From sequence record NZ_CP106961.1: a DNA stretch of 64,000 nt; one strand, given 5' to 3'. Of the stretch, positions 41,874-52,845 are shown piece by piece; positions within the stretch are counted from its first letter, which is position 1; the number at the start of each line of letters is the position of its first letter. The translations under genes were made by a program, and so were the position numbers. The notes below the pieces were generated by a model that saw only the letters and a program-made list of their open reading frames with translations, did not search any database and had not been told where the DNA came from. This stretch comes from a plasmid.

Positions 41874-42149
41874 GTGGCTTCTGTTTCTATCAGCTGTCCC
41901 TCCTGTTCAGCTACTGACGGGGTGGTGCGTAACGGCAAAAGCACCGCCGGACATCAGCGCTATCTCTGCTCTCACTGCCGTAAAACATGGCAACTGCAGT
42001 TCACTTACACCGCTTCTCAACCCGGTACGCACCAGAAAATCATTGATATGGCCATGAATGGCGTTGGATGCCGGGCAACCGCCCGCATTATGGGCGTTGG
42101 CCTCAACACGATTTTACGTCACTTAAAAAACTCAGGCCGCAGTCGGTAA
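41874..42149 (+). CDS. insA: IS1 InsA
   Basis: [43 protein letters not shown]. Confidence 0.9.
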
Positions 42150-42571
42150 CCTCGCGCATACAGCCGGGCAGTGACGTCATCGTCTGCGCGGAAATGGACG
42201 AACAGTGGGGCTATGTCGGGGCTAAATCGCGCCAGCGCTGGCTGTTTTACGCGTATGACAGGCTCCGGAAGACGGTTGTTGCGCACGTATTCGGTGAACG
42301 CACTATGGCGACGCTGGGGCGTCTTATGAGCCTGCTGTCACCCTTTGACGTGGTGATATGGATGACGGATGGCTGGCCGCTGTATGAATCCCGCCTGAAG
42401 GGAAAGCTGCACGTAATCAGCAAGCGATATACGCAGCGAATTGAGCGGCATAACCTGAATCTGAGGCAGCACCTGGCACGGCTGGGACGGAAGTCGCTGT
42501 CGTTCTCAAAATCGGTGGAGCTGCATGACAAAGTCTTCGGGCATTATCTGAACATAAAACACTATCAATAA
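42068..42571 (+). CDS. insB: IS1 InsB (expressed as InsAB by frameshift)
   Basis: Typical IS1 InsB sequence. Confidence 0.85.
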
Positions 42572-42794
42572 GTTGGAGTCATTACCCGTTTTTCCGAAAA
42601 GAGTTAACACTGTCAGGCGACGAGTTTCTTCAGGGCTGTTGGCAGCATTTATATCCGTAAGACCACCTGTTTTTTTCTACTTATTAAAATGTACCTTTGA
42701 AAAAGTAGTCTTTCTGCGGTACGCTTCACGGGACCATTTCCCCTGAGTTTTCGCACAGCGCGCCGGACGTTTTCCGGCCGGACCGGAGCCTGAC

Positions 42795-43787
42795 ATGAGC
42801 CTGATGCCTGATGACGAACAGGAACGTAATCTTCTGGCAGCAGCGATCCCGCTGGATGAGACATTTCTGCCGGCGCTGTCCGGCAATAACGTTCCGGTAA
42901 ATCCGGCCCGGGCTTACCTATTGTCCCTTAATTCCCAACGTAGCCGGCAGACCATGGCTTCGTTCCTCGGGATTGTCGCCAAAATGCTTGGTGCCGGTAG
43001 CGCTGACACCTGCAACTGGGGCAGCATTCGCCGGTATCACGTTATGGTAATCACCGAGTTACTGCGCGATACTGGCCGGGGGATGGCAACTATTAACACC
43101 TATCTGTCGGCTCTTAAGGGCGTAGCGAAGGAAGCCTGGATGCTCCGCCTGATGGACGTTGAGAGCTTCCAGCACATCCGGGCGGTACCGAACCTGCGTG
43201 GCAGCCGGCTGCCAAGCGGTCGGGCCCTGCCGCCGGAGGAGATCCGCGCGTTGTTTGCCGTGTGTGAGGCCGATCGCAGCTGCCTCGGGCCGAGGGACGC
43301 GGCGATGCTGGCGGTTATCCTGGGATGTGGCCTGCGGCGGTCCGAGGCCGTGGGCCTAGATTTACGTGACGTTGTCACGCACAATCGGGCGCTACGGGTG
43401 CTGGGGAAGGGGAACAAGGAGCGTCTGGCCTACGTCCCGGCCGGGGCCTGGCAGCGGCTGCAGATCTGGATCGATGAGGTCCGGGGCGAAACCCCGGGGC
43501 CGCTGTTCACGCGGATCCGCCGCTTCGGGGATGTGACACTGAACCGGCTCACCGACCAGGCGGTGTACCATATCCTGCAGGTGCGTCAGGGGCAGGCCGG
43601 GATCGGTAAGTGCTCGCCACATGACCTGCGCAGGACCTTCGCAACTGCCATGCTGGATAACGGTGAGGACTTAATTACGGTTAAAGATGCGATGGGTCAC
43701 GCCAGCGTTACGACCACCCAACAGTACGATCGTCGCGGAGAACAGCGTCTTCGAGATGCCCGCGATAGGCTCAATCTTGTCAAATGA
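42795..43787 (+). CDS. Tyrosine-type site-specific recombinase / integrase
   Basis: C-terminal catalytic motifs (LRRSEAVGL...HDLRRTFAT...GHASVTTTQQYD). GC-rich. Confidence 0.75.
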   Translation: MSLMPDDEQERNLLAAAIPLDETFLPALSGNNVPVNPARAYLLSLNSQRSRQTMASFLGIVAKMLGAGSADTCNWGSIRRYHVMVITELLRDTGRGMATINTYLSALKGVAKEAWMLRLMDVESFQHIRAVPNLRGSRLPSGRALPPEEIRALFAVCEADRSCLGPRDAAMLAVILGCGLRRSEAVGLDLRDVVTHNRALRVLGKGNKERLAYVPAGAWQRLQIWIDEVRGETPGPLFTRIRRFGDVTLNRLTDQAVYHILQVRQGQAGIGKCSPHDLRRTFATAMLDNGEDLITVKDAMGHASVTTTQQYDRRGEQRLRDARDRLNLVK

Positions 43788-44099
43788 TTTAGTCGACAGG
43801 ATCAACCTTGATGCCTTCGCCATCCCTGGCTGTGACGTTTTTTACCTACTGGCAACGATCTAAAGCATCATTAAAGATGAGTGTTTAAGTTCCAGGAAAT
43901 TATTGATATATATAGAAAAATATATAATAACTTTAGGGTTTATGCATGTCTATTTCTCCCCCCTCGGGATTGGTTTTAACAGTTGCCAAGTGGTTATGGG
44001 GAAAGCTAACGCAACGGTTATTAATGTCTACCTATATGCATTCTCATGAGAAATGGGCATTACGGCACCGCTTGGGAGTGAATCACTCGCAGAACGGTT

Positions 44100-44215
44100 C
44101 AGTAAGTGTGTTGCGTCCATCAGTTGAAATCCAGCTCAAAGCTGCCTGTCATGCCTGCTTAAAAAACAGGCTTAATGTAGGATGTTTTCCGTTTTCCAAG
44201 CGGCCCCCTATATAC
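44100..44215 (-). repeat. Tn3-family end micro-remnant: last ~10 codons of a tnpA (...CLSCLLKKQA*) plus 38-bp IR (GGGGGCCGCTTGGAAAACGGAAAACATCCTACATTAAG), interior pointing left
   Basis: About 75 bp near-identical to 59350-59425 in inverted orientation. The IR is similar to the one at 3275-3312. Confidence 0.65.
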
Positions 44216-44245
44216 CCGCCTGGAGGAGATCCCGGCAGAATAAAG

Positions 44246-44274
44246 AAAAACACCGCCGAAAGGCGGTGTTTTTG
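44246..44274. terminator. Rho-independent terminator 3-prime of betT (bidirectional hairpin)
   Basis: aaaaacaccgccgaaaggcggtgtttttg. Confidence 0.7.
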
Positions 44275-44276
44275 TA

Positions 44277-46276
44277 TTAGCGAACCAAATGTAAGAAGTG
44301 AAGATGCTTTTCATACTGGTCGAGAATATCGTTGATAATCTGTTCCTGATTCCAGCCCATCACATCGTAATCCTGACCGCCTTCTTTCAGGTAGATTTCA
44401 GCCCGATAGTATTTATGCTGTTCTGCCTGCTGCTTTCCTCATTATCCAGCCCGGAGATCGCAAAGGTAGGAGCAACATAACCGCGGAGTCTGACTTCGTA
44501 GATGAAGTTAAGCTCATTGCCTAAATCCACTTCGAAGCGAATACGGTCTTCGCCACTGTTGTTGATATGGCTTACGGTGCTCTGTTTGTTCAACTCATCC
44601 TGAACCATTGTCATGGCAGGCTGAATGACATCATCCATAAAACGTTTAACCAACGAACGTTTTGGCAGATGGGCGATATTGCGCAGTCTGCGCTGCCACG
44701 GAATAGGATTACGCGCAGCGGTAGGTGCAATGGTGGTCATATTCTGGCTGTCGCGCTTGGTGATGTCCCGTCGCAATGCTTTCAGCAATCCGTATATCGA
44801 TATCAACAAAATCACCGAGAACGGCAGGGCGCTGGCAATGGTCACCGTCTGCAAGGCGCTAAGGCCGCCCGCAATCAGCAACGCAATGGCGACCAGCCCC
44901 ATCAGTGCAGCCCAGAAAATACGCTGCCAGACGGGCGTATTGCTGGAGCCCCCGGAGGCCAGGGTATCCACCACCATCGCTCCGGAATCTGCCGAGGTGA
45001 CAAAAAATACGATGACCATCGCCATGGCGATGAACGACAAAATGCTTGAGAACGGGAAGTGCTCAAGGAAATTAAACAGCGCCAGGGCCACATCCTGCTG
45101 GACGGTATTGGCGAGGTCCGTCGCCCCTTTCTGCATGATCAGATAAATCGCGCTGTTTCCGAAGACGGTCATCCATAACAGGGTGAAACCCGCCGGGACG
45201 AAGAGCACGCCGGTCACAAATTCGCGGATGGTTCTGCCGCGCGAGACGCGGGCGATAAACATGCCGACAAACGGCGACCAGGAGAGCCACCAGCCCCAGT
45301 ACAGCAGCGTCCAGCCACCTAGCCAGTTGCTCGATTTAGGCTCGTAGGCATACAAATTAAAGGTTTTACTGACCATTTCGGACAGATAACCGCCAGTGTT
45401 CTCAACGAACGATTTCAACAGCAGAACCGTAGGTCCCAGCAACAGCACCAGCACCAGCAGCAGCAGCGCCAGGCTCAGGTTGATCTCGGACAGAATACGA
45501 ATGCCCTTATCCAGTCCCGACACCACCGAAATCGTTGCCAGGCCAGTGATGACCACGATCAGGATCACCTGCACCGTTTCACTAATTGGCACGCCGAAGA
45601 GATGATTAAGCCCGGCGTTAACCTGCAGCACGCCATAACCGAGGGAGGTGGCCACGCCAAACACGGTGCCGATAACCGCAAAGATATCGACCGCATGGCC
45701 AATCGGTCCGTAAATGCGATCCCCGATAATCGGATACAGCGCCGAACGCAGAGTCAGTGGCAAGCCGTGACGATAGCTAAAGAAGGCCAGTATCAACGCC
45801 ACTATCGCGTAAATCGCCCATGCATGGAGTCCCCAGTGGAAGAAGGTCAGGCGCATGGCCTGCTTGGCGGCTTCGACCGTTTCCGGGGTACCAACCGGCG
45901 GAGAGAGGTAATGCATCACCGGTTCTGCCACCCCGAAGAACATTAGGCCGATCCCCATCCCGGCGGAAAACAGCATTGCGAACCAGGAGTGATAGCTGAA
46001 ATCAGGTTGGGCGTGGTCGGGCCCAAGTTTAATATCGCCGTAGCGCGACAGCCCGAGGAACGTCACGCTCAGGAGGATCAGCGCTACGGCCAGAATGTAA
46101 AACCAGCTGGCGTTGGTGAAGATTTGATTCTGCAGAAGTTTGAAGTTTTTATCGGCCAGATCGGGGAAAGCCGCGGCAAAGGCGACAAGAAGAAATATTA
46201 ACAACGCCGAGGTGAAAAACACCGGCTTGTTAATATGGTTTTCAGACTTTTTTATTGGGGTTTCATTCTCACTCAT
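44277..46276 (-). pseudogene. betT: BCCT-family choline/betaine transporter (BetT-like), frameshifted near 44395-44410
   Basis: The long ORF 44387..46276 is BCCT-like. The conserved C-terminus (...QQAEQHKYYRAEIYLKEGGQDYDVMGWNQEQII...HLVR) continues in another frame down to 44277. Confidence 0.7.
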
Positions 46277-46596
46277 AAGCTCATTTATTCCATTGTGTGT
46301 TCATTTCGCCCTGGATGGATGAATTTTGTCACAGCCCGATTCTAACAAAAGAAAAGGAGTGATGCCTAATGACCTTAAGAATAAGCTGAATCGCTTCTAC
46401 GATACCTATAATGATAATCGCTGTTCAGGCTTGTGCCAGGATTTGCTCCGCCGCCGCCAGATCCGCCAGCGTATCAATGTCGTGCACTACCCCGACATCG
46501 CAGAGCGACAGCTCCAGAACCTCCCCCTGACGGCATGCGCGGGGCTTTGTTGAATAAATCGGATTTAGATAAAAGCGCTCCTCGTGGCTGACTTCC

Positions 46597-46896
46597 TCAG
46601 GCAATCTGTACACTTTCTGGCATGCCTGCACACGTCATTTTGTTTAAGGCACGGATCATGGCCATAGCCTCTCCAGCCTGCGCATCATAATCCCGAAACG
46701 TAAGATGCCCGCCAAACAGCTGTTTGACACGGTACATTGCCGTTTCTGCCACCGAATGTCGATTGTAAGCCGTGTGCCATTTCCAGTACGCATCACTTCC
46801 CGTCAGCCATTGCCGGGTAACGGCCTGATTTCTGTCGGCATATTCAGCCGGCCAGTAACCTGCCCGGGTTAACTCCGGGATCAGTATCAGCGCCAT
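46597..46896 (-). pseudogene. IS5/IS903-group transposase C-terminal fragment
   Basis: Fragmentary DDE-transposase-like translation with no intact ORF. Confidence 0.35.
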
Positions 46897-47369
46897 TGCG
46901 TGAATTTAATACCACCCGGCAAACCATACACAGGGTAAAGGCAGGGCAATAATGATCCTGCGTTCACAGCTGGACGGTCTGCTATAAAGTGAGGTGCAGA
47001 CATTGTCACAGACTTCCGCGCCTCGCTCATAGCAGTCAGAAAGCGTTGTTGCTGGCTGCTCTGTGCTGTGAGTTCAACTGTTCGATGCAACGCTCAGACG
47101 CGCTCAGCGCGTTTCTGACATGTCCTCGTTAAAAACAGTAACAAACCACCCGAAAATGCACGCCAGAAACGCTACGTAAGAATCTATCCTATGCTGGATA
47201 TGCACTCAACTGAATAACGCCTGGTTTCAGTCTGTTTTATCGGCATCAGCCTTCTTTCTGGGTAATTTCGGAGAGGTCACTTGCTGATTACTTTGCGTGC
47301 GTCGCGTGAGCCAGGGCAACCCGATATGGCCGTATCCGCCCGCAAAAAAGTGGCCCTCATCGTCGACTT

Positions 47370-47702
47370 TTATGAGCAGGACTCTTTCAGAGCTGCCTTG
47401 CGAAATGCCTTATTCTGAGGGTGTGCCCCGGTCCATGTCGGACCCTGATCAACCTGCTTCGTTAAATCCGGCCAAGTGATGAAACGCCTGTGCGCCCTGG
47501 CTATTTCATCGCGTGGGACCAGCCTGTCGGCAGCCACCATCACGGCGTGACCTTTACAATCTAAAAAAGTGCCGAATATCACTTTTACGGGTATTTCCCG
47601 TGCCACATTGTCAGGGCACAAATAGCTTATACGTGATCTGAATTCGGTTATCTCTAAACGTCGCGGCGCATTGTCCCCGATAAACACAAGTATGGAGAGC
47701 AT
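47370..47702 (-). pseudogene. Transposase fragment (IS debris)
   Basis: Short ORF with integrase-core-like fragments in a region of broken ORFs. Confidence 0.3.
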
Positions 47703-48060
47703 ATTTTTCTCCTGTTTTATCCGGACGTAAGACTAAATATCAGTATGGTTTTTAATAGTTACAGCCCTAAATAATATATATTATATCAAAATTACTTTGA
47801 CAGGATAACGTACAGTCATACAGAAAATGACTCCCTGAGTCACAAATTTTCACCTCAGGCTCCGCTTCCATATAGGATATATAACGCTTTCTCTGTAAAT
47901 GTTCATAAATACAGGAAGATGTCTTTACCCAAAATAAGCGGAAGATAATATTTTGCCTGATATCACCGGGCGCCTCGGGGCTTTTTCAGGCTTACGTAGT
48001 ACGGATTTTCCCGGCTGGATGGCTTATATATTGCTTTTGATAGGCGCAACCGGAGGCCCT

Positions 48061-48492
48061 ATGTCTGTGGATATGCAGTCACTTTATAAGCACGTTGCAT
48101 GGTGTGTCTGGCATGAGGGCTTACGCCTTTATGATAATGGCGTTCCGGGCCAACTGAAGGAAGTCAGTTTTCTGCGGAGCAGTTGCCTGAAACTGCTGGC
48201 GCATCATGGGGCTGCGGGAGCGCTTATCTCTGCTGCATCTGATAACGAACTGACAGCTGTCATGAGCCAGATAGAATCCCGCGTCGATCGTGAACATAAC
48301 CTGTCCGGGCATGTCCGGTGGGTGGCTTACCATGCGGCACGGCACGCGGAACTGCAGAACCTTTTGTCAGAGGGCAAACATAATGAAATCCGGTCAATTT
48401 ATTACCGGCACCTCAATCACAACAGTAACGCCAGGTACCTTTTATCCTGCGTCAGTCACGGTTATCTGACTGTTCTGATAAAGGGGTTATAA
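48061..48492 (+). CDS. Hypothetical protein (about 143 aa)
   Basis: ORF with plausible codon usage (MSVDMQSLYKHVAWCVWHEG...). No family recognised. Confidence 0.35.
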   Translation: MSVDMQSLYKHVAWCVWHEGLRLYDNGVPGQLKEVSFLRSSCLKLLAHHGAAGALISAASDNELTAVMSQIESRVDREHNLSGHVRWVAYHAARHAELQNLLSEGKHNEIRSIYYRHLNHNSNARYLLSCVSHGYLTVLIKGL

Positions 48493-48834
48493 CAGCAGCC
48501 ATGTATTACGGGCTCTCTCCTGCGCTGTCCGGACAGCACTACACCGGTAAGCCCGGGATGATATGGCGTGTTCTTGCAAGGATCCAGTGCGTGCCGGGAA
48601 ACCCCACTGTCCTCCGCTTATGCTCCATACAACCCGGACCGGGTGAACCGCCATGACAACACCGGTTCATGGCCTGACTGGCAGTGGGGCCTGTTGTTGC
48701 CGCTCCACGTACGCCAGTTGCAACTTCCGGCCGGTATCACGCGGTGTGATCCTGCTCCCCGCTTTCATCAGAAAATACCCTATATTATTAAGGATGTGTT
48801 ATGTGGCTATCAGCATTCAGATAAGGCAGGACTT

Positions 48835-49023
48835 ATGCAAGAAGGTTTCTACTGGATACGGCACAACGGCAGGGTTCAGGTAGCTTACTACACCGATGGC
48901 GAAACGGAAGACCTGCAAACGGGGCGGATCGTCAGGGGGATATGGTATCTGACGCGGGGTTTCGATATCTGCGATGACGGTGAGGCTGAGGTATTACAGG
49001 GTCCGCTGTCGCCACCTCTTTGA
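48835..49023 (+). CDS. Hypothetical small protein (about 62 aa)
   Basis: MQEGFYWIRHNGRVQVAYYTDGETEDLQTGRIVRGIWYLTRGFDICDDGEAEVLQGPLSPPL. The upstream part of the ORF has atypical composition. Confidence 0.35.
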   Translation: MQEGFYWIRHNGRVQVAYYTDGETEDLQTGRIVRGIWYLTRGFDICDDGEAEVLQGPLSPPL

Positions 49024-49328
49024 CAGACACGGGAACTGGCGTTTCGCTTTGAGCCTGACTAGATTTAACTGTGGTGGATCCCCCTGTGCGGCGGGACAAT
49101 CCGGTTGATGTATGTAAATATGCTTGCGGCTCGTATAACCGGTAACGAGCCACCGGGAGGCACCCGGCACCTGTTTCAGAACCTGGGAAGTGCGTTTTGA
49201 GCCCATCCGTCCGGACAGGCTTTTTTATACCCGCTTCGAAACCGGTGCTATGCTTAAACTGTAACCAGGCCATAGCACCTACCCCTTATCCTCATCGGTG
49301 TACGGTCCGGGGACATGGTGAACACTTT

Positions 49329-50042
49329 TTAACATCCTTTACCCATGGTGATCGACTTTTTCTTCAGGTCGATCACCCACACTTTCGTGTTGTACCACCA
49401 CACTTCGTAATAACCGTCCTCCTGTGTCTCCCTCAGCCCTACCTGCTCGCCCCTGAACGCCTTGCCTGCGCTCAGACTGACACCCTTCACGCTCAGCTTC
49501 CCGCTGATATCCACCTTCCTGACCATCACACCCCCGTCGTATTCCGATGGCGTTGTGTGGCTGTTGTACTACCGCGCGGATGGCTGGTAGCGCGAGGCCG
49601 GAACCGTCATATCCAGCCCCTCATGGGGCTGTTCGAGGTTATAGGCTGTCCGCCAGTGGTCGAAGGCGCGCTGCAGCTCGCTGCTGTCCGCGAACCACTT
49701 ACCCTGCAGGACTTCTGCCTTCAGGCGGTGGTGAAAACGCTCCAGCTTGCCCTGGGTCTGCGGGTGATAAGGCCTTGAGTGGCTCACCCGGATCCCCAGG
49801 CGCATCAGCCACAGCTCGAGCGCCGTCCAGGTGCCGGTGGTGTCGCCCCAGGGTTCGCCGTTGTCCATGGTCATCCGGTCCGGCAGGCCGTAGCGTTCAA
49901 ACACCCCGACCAGCTGCTGCTGCACGGTCTCACGCCGTTCATCGGGGCAGTGCATCAGGCATAGGGAAAGCCGGGTGGTCTTCCAGCCAGCGTTTGATCT
50001 TGCGGGCCCCCAGCGTTCGTGACGGGAATGGGCCATGCGCAA
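49329..50042 (-). pseudogene. IS481-family transposase, 5-prime truncated and frameshifted (rve core plus C-terminal extension)
   Basis: MTMDNGEPW...HSRPYHPQTQGKLERFHHRLK in 49569..50042. The C-terminal extension (YYEVWWYNTKVWVIDL) is in another frame at 49329..49529. Confidence 0.55.
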
Positions 50043-50124
50043 CAGGTCAGCGATGTCGTCTGATGAACGGTTCGGGGAATGACGGGGTGTGCGGGGACGG
50101 TCATGAAGACCGGATAAACCGTCG

Positions 50125-50535
50125 TCAAAGGTTAATTATCTGGCCAGAACCCTGAGCTTCCATCACTGGAAGCACAGCCCCAATTCCCCACAGCACGCCC
50201 TTGATGTTAACGTCAATCGTACGTTCCCATTCATCCTGTTTGCCGGCCGCAAGCGGTGAAAGTGGCATGATGCCCGCATTGTTAATCAGAACGTCAACAC
50301 GCCCCCAGTTATCAAGCGCTGACTGCACGAAATGAGCCATGGACAGTCTGTTTGTGACATCCAGCTCACGCGCTTCAGCCATACCGCCGGCGCTGCGGAT
50401 TTCTGCTGCAATGGCTTCGATACGATCCAGTCTGCGCGCCCCTAATAGCACTCTCGCACCTGCTTTTCCAAGCTCTCTGGCAATGCCTTCCCCAATGCCA
50501 CTTGACGCGCCGGTAATTAATATAACTTTATCCAT
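50125..50535 (-). pseudogene. SDR-family oxidoreductase, 3-prime truncated at the IS481 fragment junction
   Basis: MDKVILITGASSGIGEGIARELGKAGARV...NNAG cofactor motifs. Only 136 aa remain and the catalytic YxxxK region is missing. Confidence 0.7.
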
Positions 50536-50633
50536 GATGTGCTCCTTCAGTTGAGTTCAGAGAGATGATAGACCTTTATGATTAGTTCCAGTATCCTGCT
50601 TTTACTGGACTCAGTGATTAGCAGAATTAAACA

Positions 50634-51533
50634 ATGAAAATTGATCTCAATCTTTTACCTGTTTTTATCGCGGTTGCTGAAGAGCGTAATTTCACCATAG
50701 CCGCAGCCCGGCTGGGGGTTACGCGCTCGGCGGTTAGTCAGGGAATACGGCGGCTTGAGGATACTTTCGGCACAATGCTGGTAATGCGGACAACACGTTC
50801 AGTAAACCTGACTGAAGCGGGAGAACGACTGCGTACATCCCTGTCATTATCTTTATCCAGCATTGACGCTGCGTTCGAAGATATTGCATCCGACAGCACG
50901 CCACGTGGACTTCTGAGGATCGCGGTGACCTCCATAGCTGAAGAGTTTCTTTCAGGTCCGCTGATCGCCTCGTTTGCGGCTGCTAATCCAGCCGTGACGA
51001 TCGATATTGTCGTGATAGATGAGGAATTTGATATTGTGGCCGCTGGTTATGATGCTGGCGTAAGGCTCGGAGATGTGATCGAGAAGGATATGATTGCCGT
51101 CCCGCTTACAGAAAAGCAACGTGAAATGGTGGTTGCGTCCCCATCCTATCTCACTGCTTGTAGCGCCCCTCTTCATCCGCGTGAGCTTGTACATCATCAG
51201 TGTATCGGCTGGCGTCCTTCCCCGGATGTTGCTCCTTATCGCTGGGAATTTGAGGAGAACGGGAGAGCTTTCGACGTGGCGGTAGAACCGCGAATAACAA
51301 CTAATGACCTGCGTCTCATGCTGAGGCTGGCTCTTGCCGGTGGAGGTATAACATTTGCCCCTGAGGAAACATTCAGGCCGTATATTGAAAATGGTCAACT
51401 TGTTTCAATGCTTGATGATTTTCTTCCCCATTTTCCTGGCTTTTATCTGTACTTTCCTCAACGCCGGAATATAGCGCCAAAACTACGCGCCCTAATCGAA
51501 CATGTCAGGCAATGGCAGCAACCGTATGCTTAA
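50634..51533 (+). CDS. LysR-family transcriptional regulator (second, unrelated to the one at 21586)
   Basis: HTH FTIAAARLGVTRSAVSQGIRRLEDTFG. Divergent from the SDR gene. Confidence 0.85.
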   Translation: MKIDLNLLPVFIAVAEERNFTIAAARLGVTRSAVSQGIRRLEDTFGTMLVMRTTRSVNLTEAGERLRTSLSLSLSSIDAAFEDIASDSTPRGLLRIAVTSIAEEFLSGPLIASFAAANPAVTIDIVVIDEEFDIVAAGYDAGVRLGDVIEKDMIAVPLTEKQREMVVASPSYLTACSAPLHPRELVHHQCIGWRPSPDVAPYRWEFEENGRAFDVAVEPRITTNDLRLMLRLALAGGGITFAPEETFRPYIENGQLVSMLDDFLPHFPGFYLYFPQRRNIAPKLRALIEHVRQWQQPYA

Positions 51534-51602
51534 TGGTAAGCGCTAAATACTTTGTAACGTAAACCAGTTTTCTGAGGACTGACTCATTTAGTTATATGTT
51601 AT

Positions 51603-51626
51603 GTTCGCTTCTGGCACAAAACGGAC
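51603..51626. repeat. Conserved hairpin motif, copy E (gttcgcttctggcacaaaacggac)
   Basis: Same loop CTGGCACA. It lies between the LysR stop and the vapC remnant. Confidence 0.7.
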
Positions 51627-51644
51627 TGTCATTGTCAGGCATTT

Positions 51645-51790
51645 TGTCAGCGGTCAGTTAATCCAGTCTCCCTGCGTGAGGCCAGGCAACTGCTCAAACG
51701 CCCTAATATGGTCGTTACCAGCACGATGCCGGCGCCAATGGTATGCCCGGCGATCGCCGGGCCGTTCAGACCAATCGGCATCCAGCGTCG
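51645..51790 (-). pseudogene. vapC: vapC 3-prime remnant (about 70% identical to the intact vapC 3-prime end)
   Basis: tcagttaatccagtctccctgcgtgaggccaggcaactgctcaaacgccctaatatggtcgttaccagcacgatgccggc... aligns by eye with the end of vapC. Confidence 0.55.
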
Positions 51791-51811
51791 CTATTCAAAA
51801 ATACTCAGTTA

Positions 51812-52816
51812 TTACTGATGCCGAAACTGCAGCGTTGCGGGCAGGTAGCGTTGTAGCGTTTCGGGCGTATCGCCCTCGATCAGCTGGCTTATCAGATCGT
51901 AGCAGTGCCAGGCCAGCTGGCGATTATCCTGCTGGACAGTGTCGATACGCAGCGACAGCGAATCATAAAGATAGTGATCGTCAAAGCTCGTCAGATGAAT
52001 ATCGGAGTCGAGTAAATGGTGCTGGCTCATATAGCGCAGAACCCCTTCGAGCAGCCCGCAGGCGGCGGTGAATAGCGCCTTAGGCGGCCGCCCAAGGCGC
52101 GCGCAGAGTGCGGCAAACATCTCATAGCCGGAGCTGGGATGGTAATTGCCGTTGATCACCCATTCCGGGCGCAGGGCAATACCCGCCTGAGCCAAACCCT
52201 GCGTGAACCCGGTCAGACGATCGCGGGAGGGCGACAGACGCGCCTGACCGCCTAAAAACCAGAACTCATCGCTATGCTGAGGCGCGATGCGGGAAATCAG
52301 TTCCGCCGTTGGGGTAATCGAATCGGTCATTACCAGCGGCAGCGCGCTTTCATTGGGGCACCGGTCAAACAGCACCACTGGCAGCTGTTGGCTGAGTTTG
52401 AGATAGTCGGCATCGTTGTGCATACAGGAAGCGACGATCATCCCGTCGACCTGGCGGGCAATCATATTATTGACCACCACGCTCTCCTGACCGGGGTTTT
52501 CATCAGTACAAGAGATCAACAGCTGGACGCCCGCCTCGCGGCACAGCATCTCCAGCTCATGGGCAAAGACCGCAAAGCCGTGGTTGGTGATCTCCGGCAC
52601 CACCAGCCCGATGGTGTGGCTGCGGTTGTTGCGCAGCGAGCGGGCATGAATGCTTGGCTGATAGTGATGCTTACGGGCAATCGACAGTACGCGCTCACGC
52701 GTTTCCTGCGCCACGCGCAGCTCCTTGCCACGACCATTCAGTACCAAGCTGGCGGTCGCTTTGGAGACGCCAGCCTGTTCGGCTATATCTTTAATGGTTA
52801 CGCGTTTGGTTTTCAT
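51812..52816 (-). CDS. scrR: Sucrose operon repressor ScrR (LacI family)
   Basis: [31 protein letters not shown]. It is the last gene of the scr cluster. Confidence 0.85.
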
Positions 52817-52845
52817 TACGACGCCATGAGCCTGAAGCAAAACGC

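Larger units (their letters stand above)
41819..42586 (+). mobile_element. IS1 (768 bp), copy 1, without a matching target-site duplication
   Basis: Terminal repeats GGTGATGCTGCCAACTTACTGAT and GTTGGAGTCATTACC. insA and insB are present. Confidence 0.9.
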
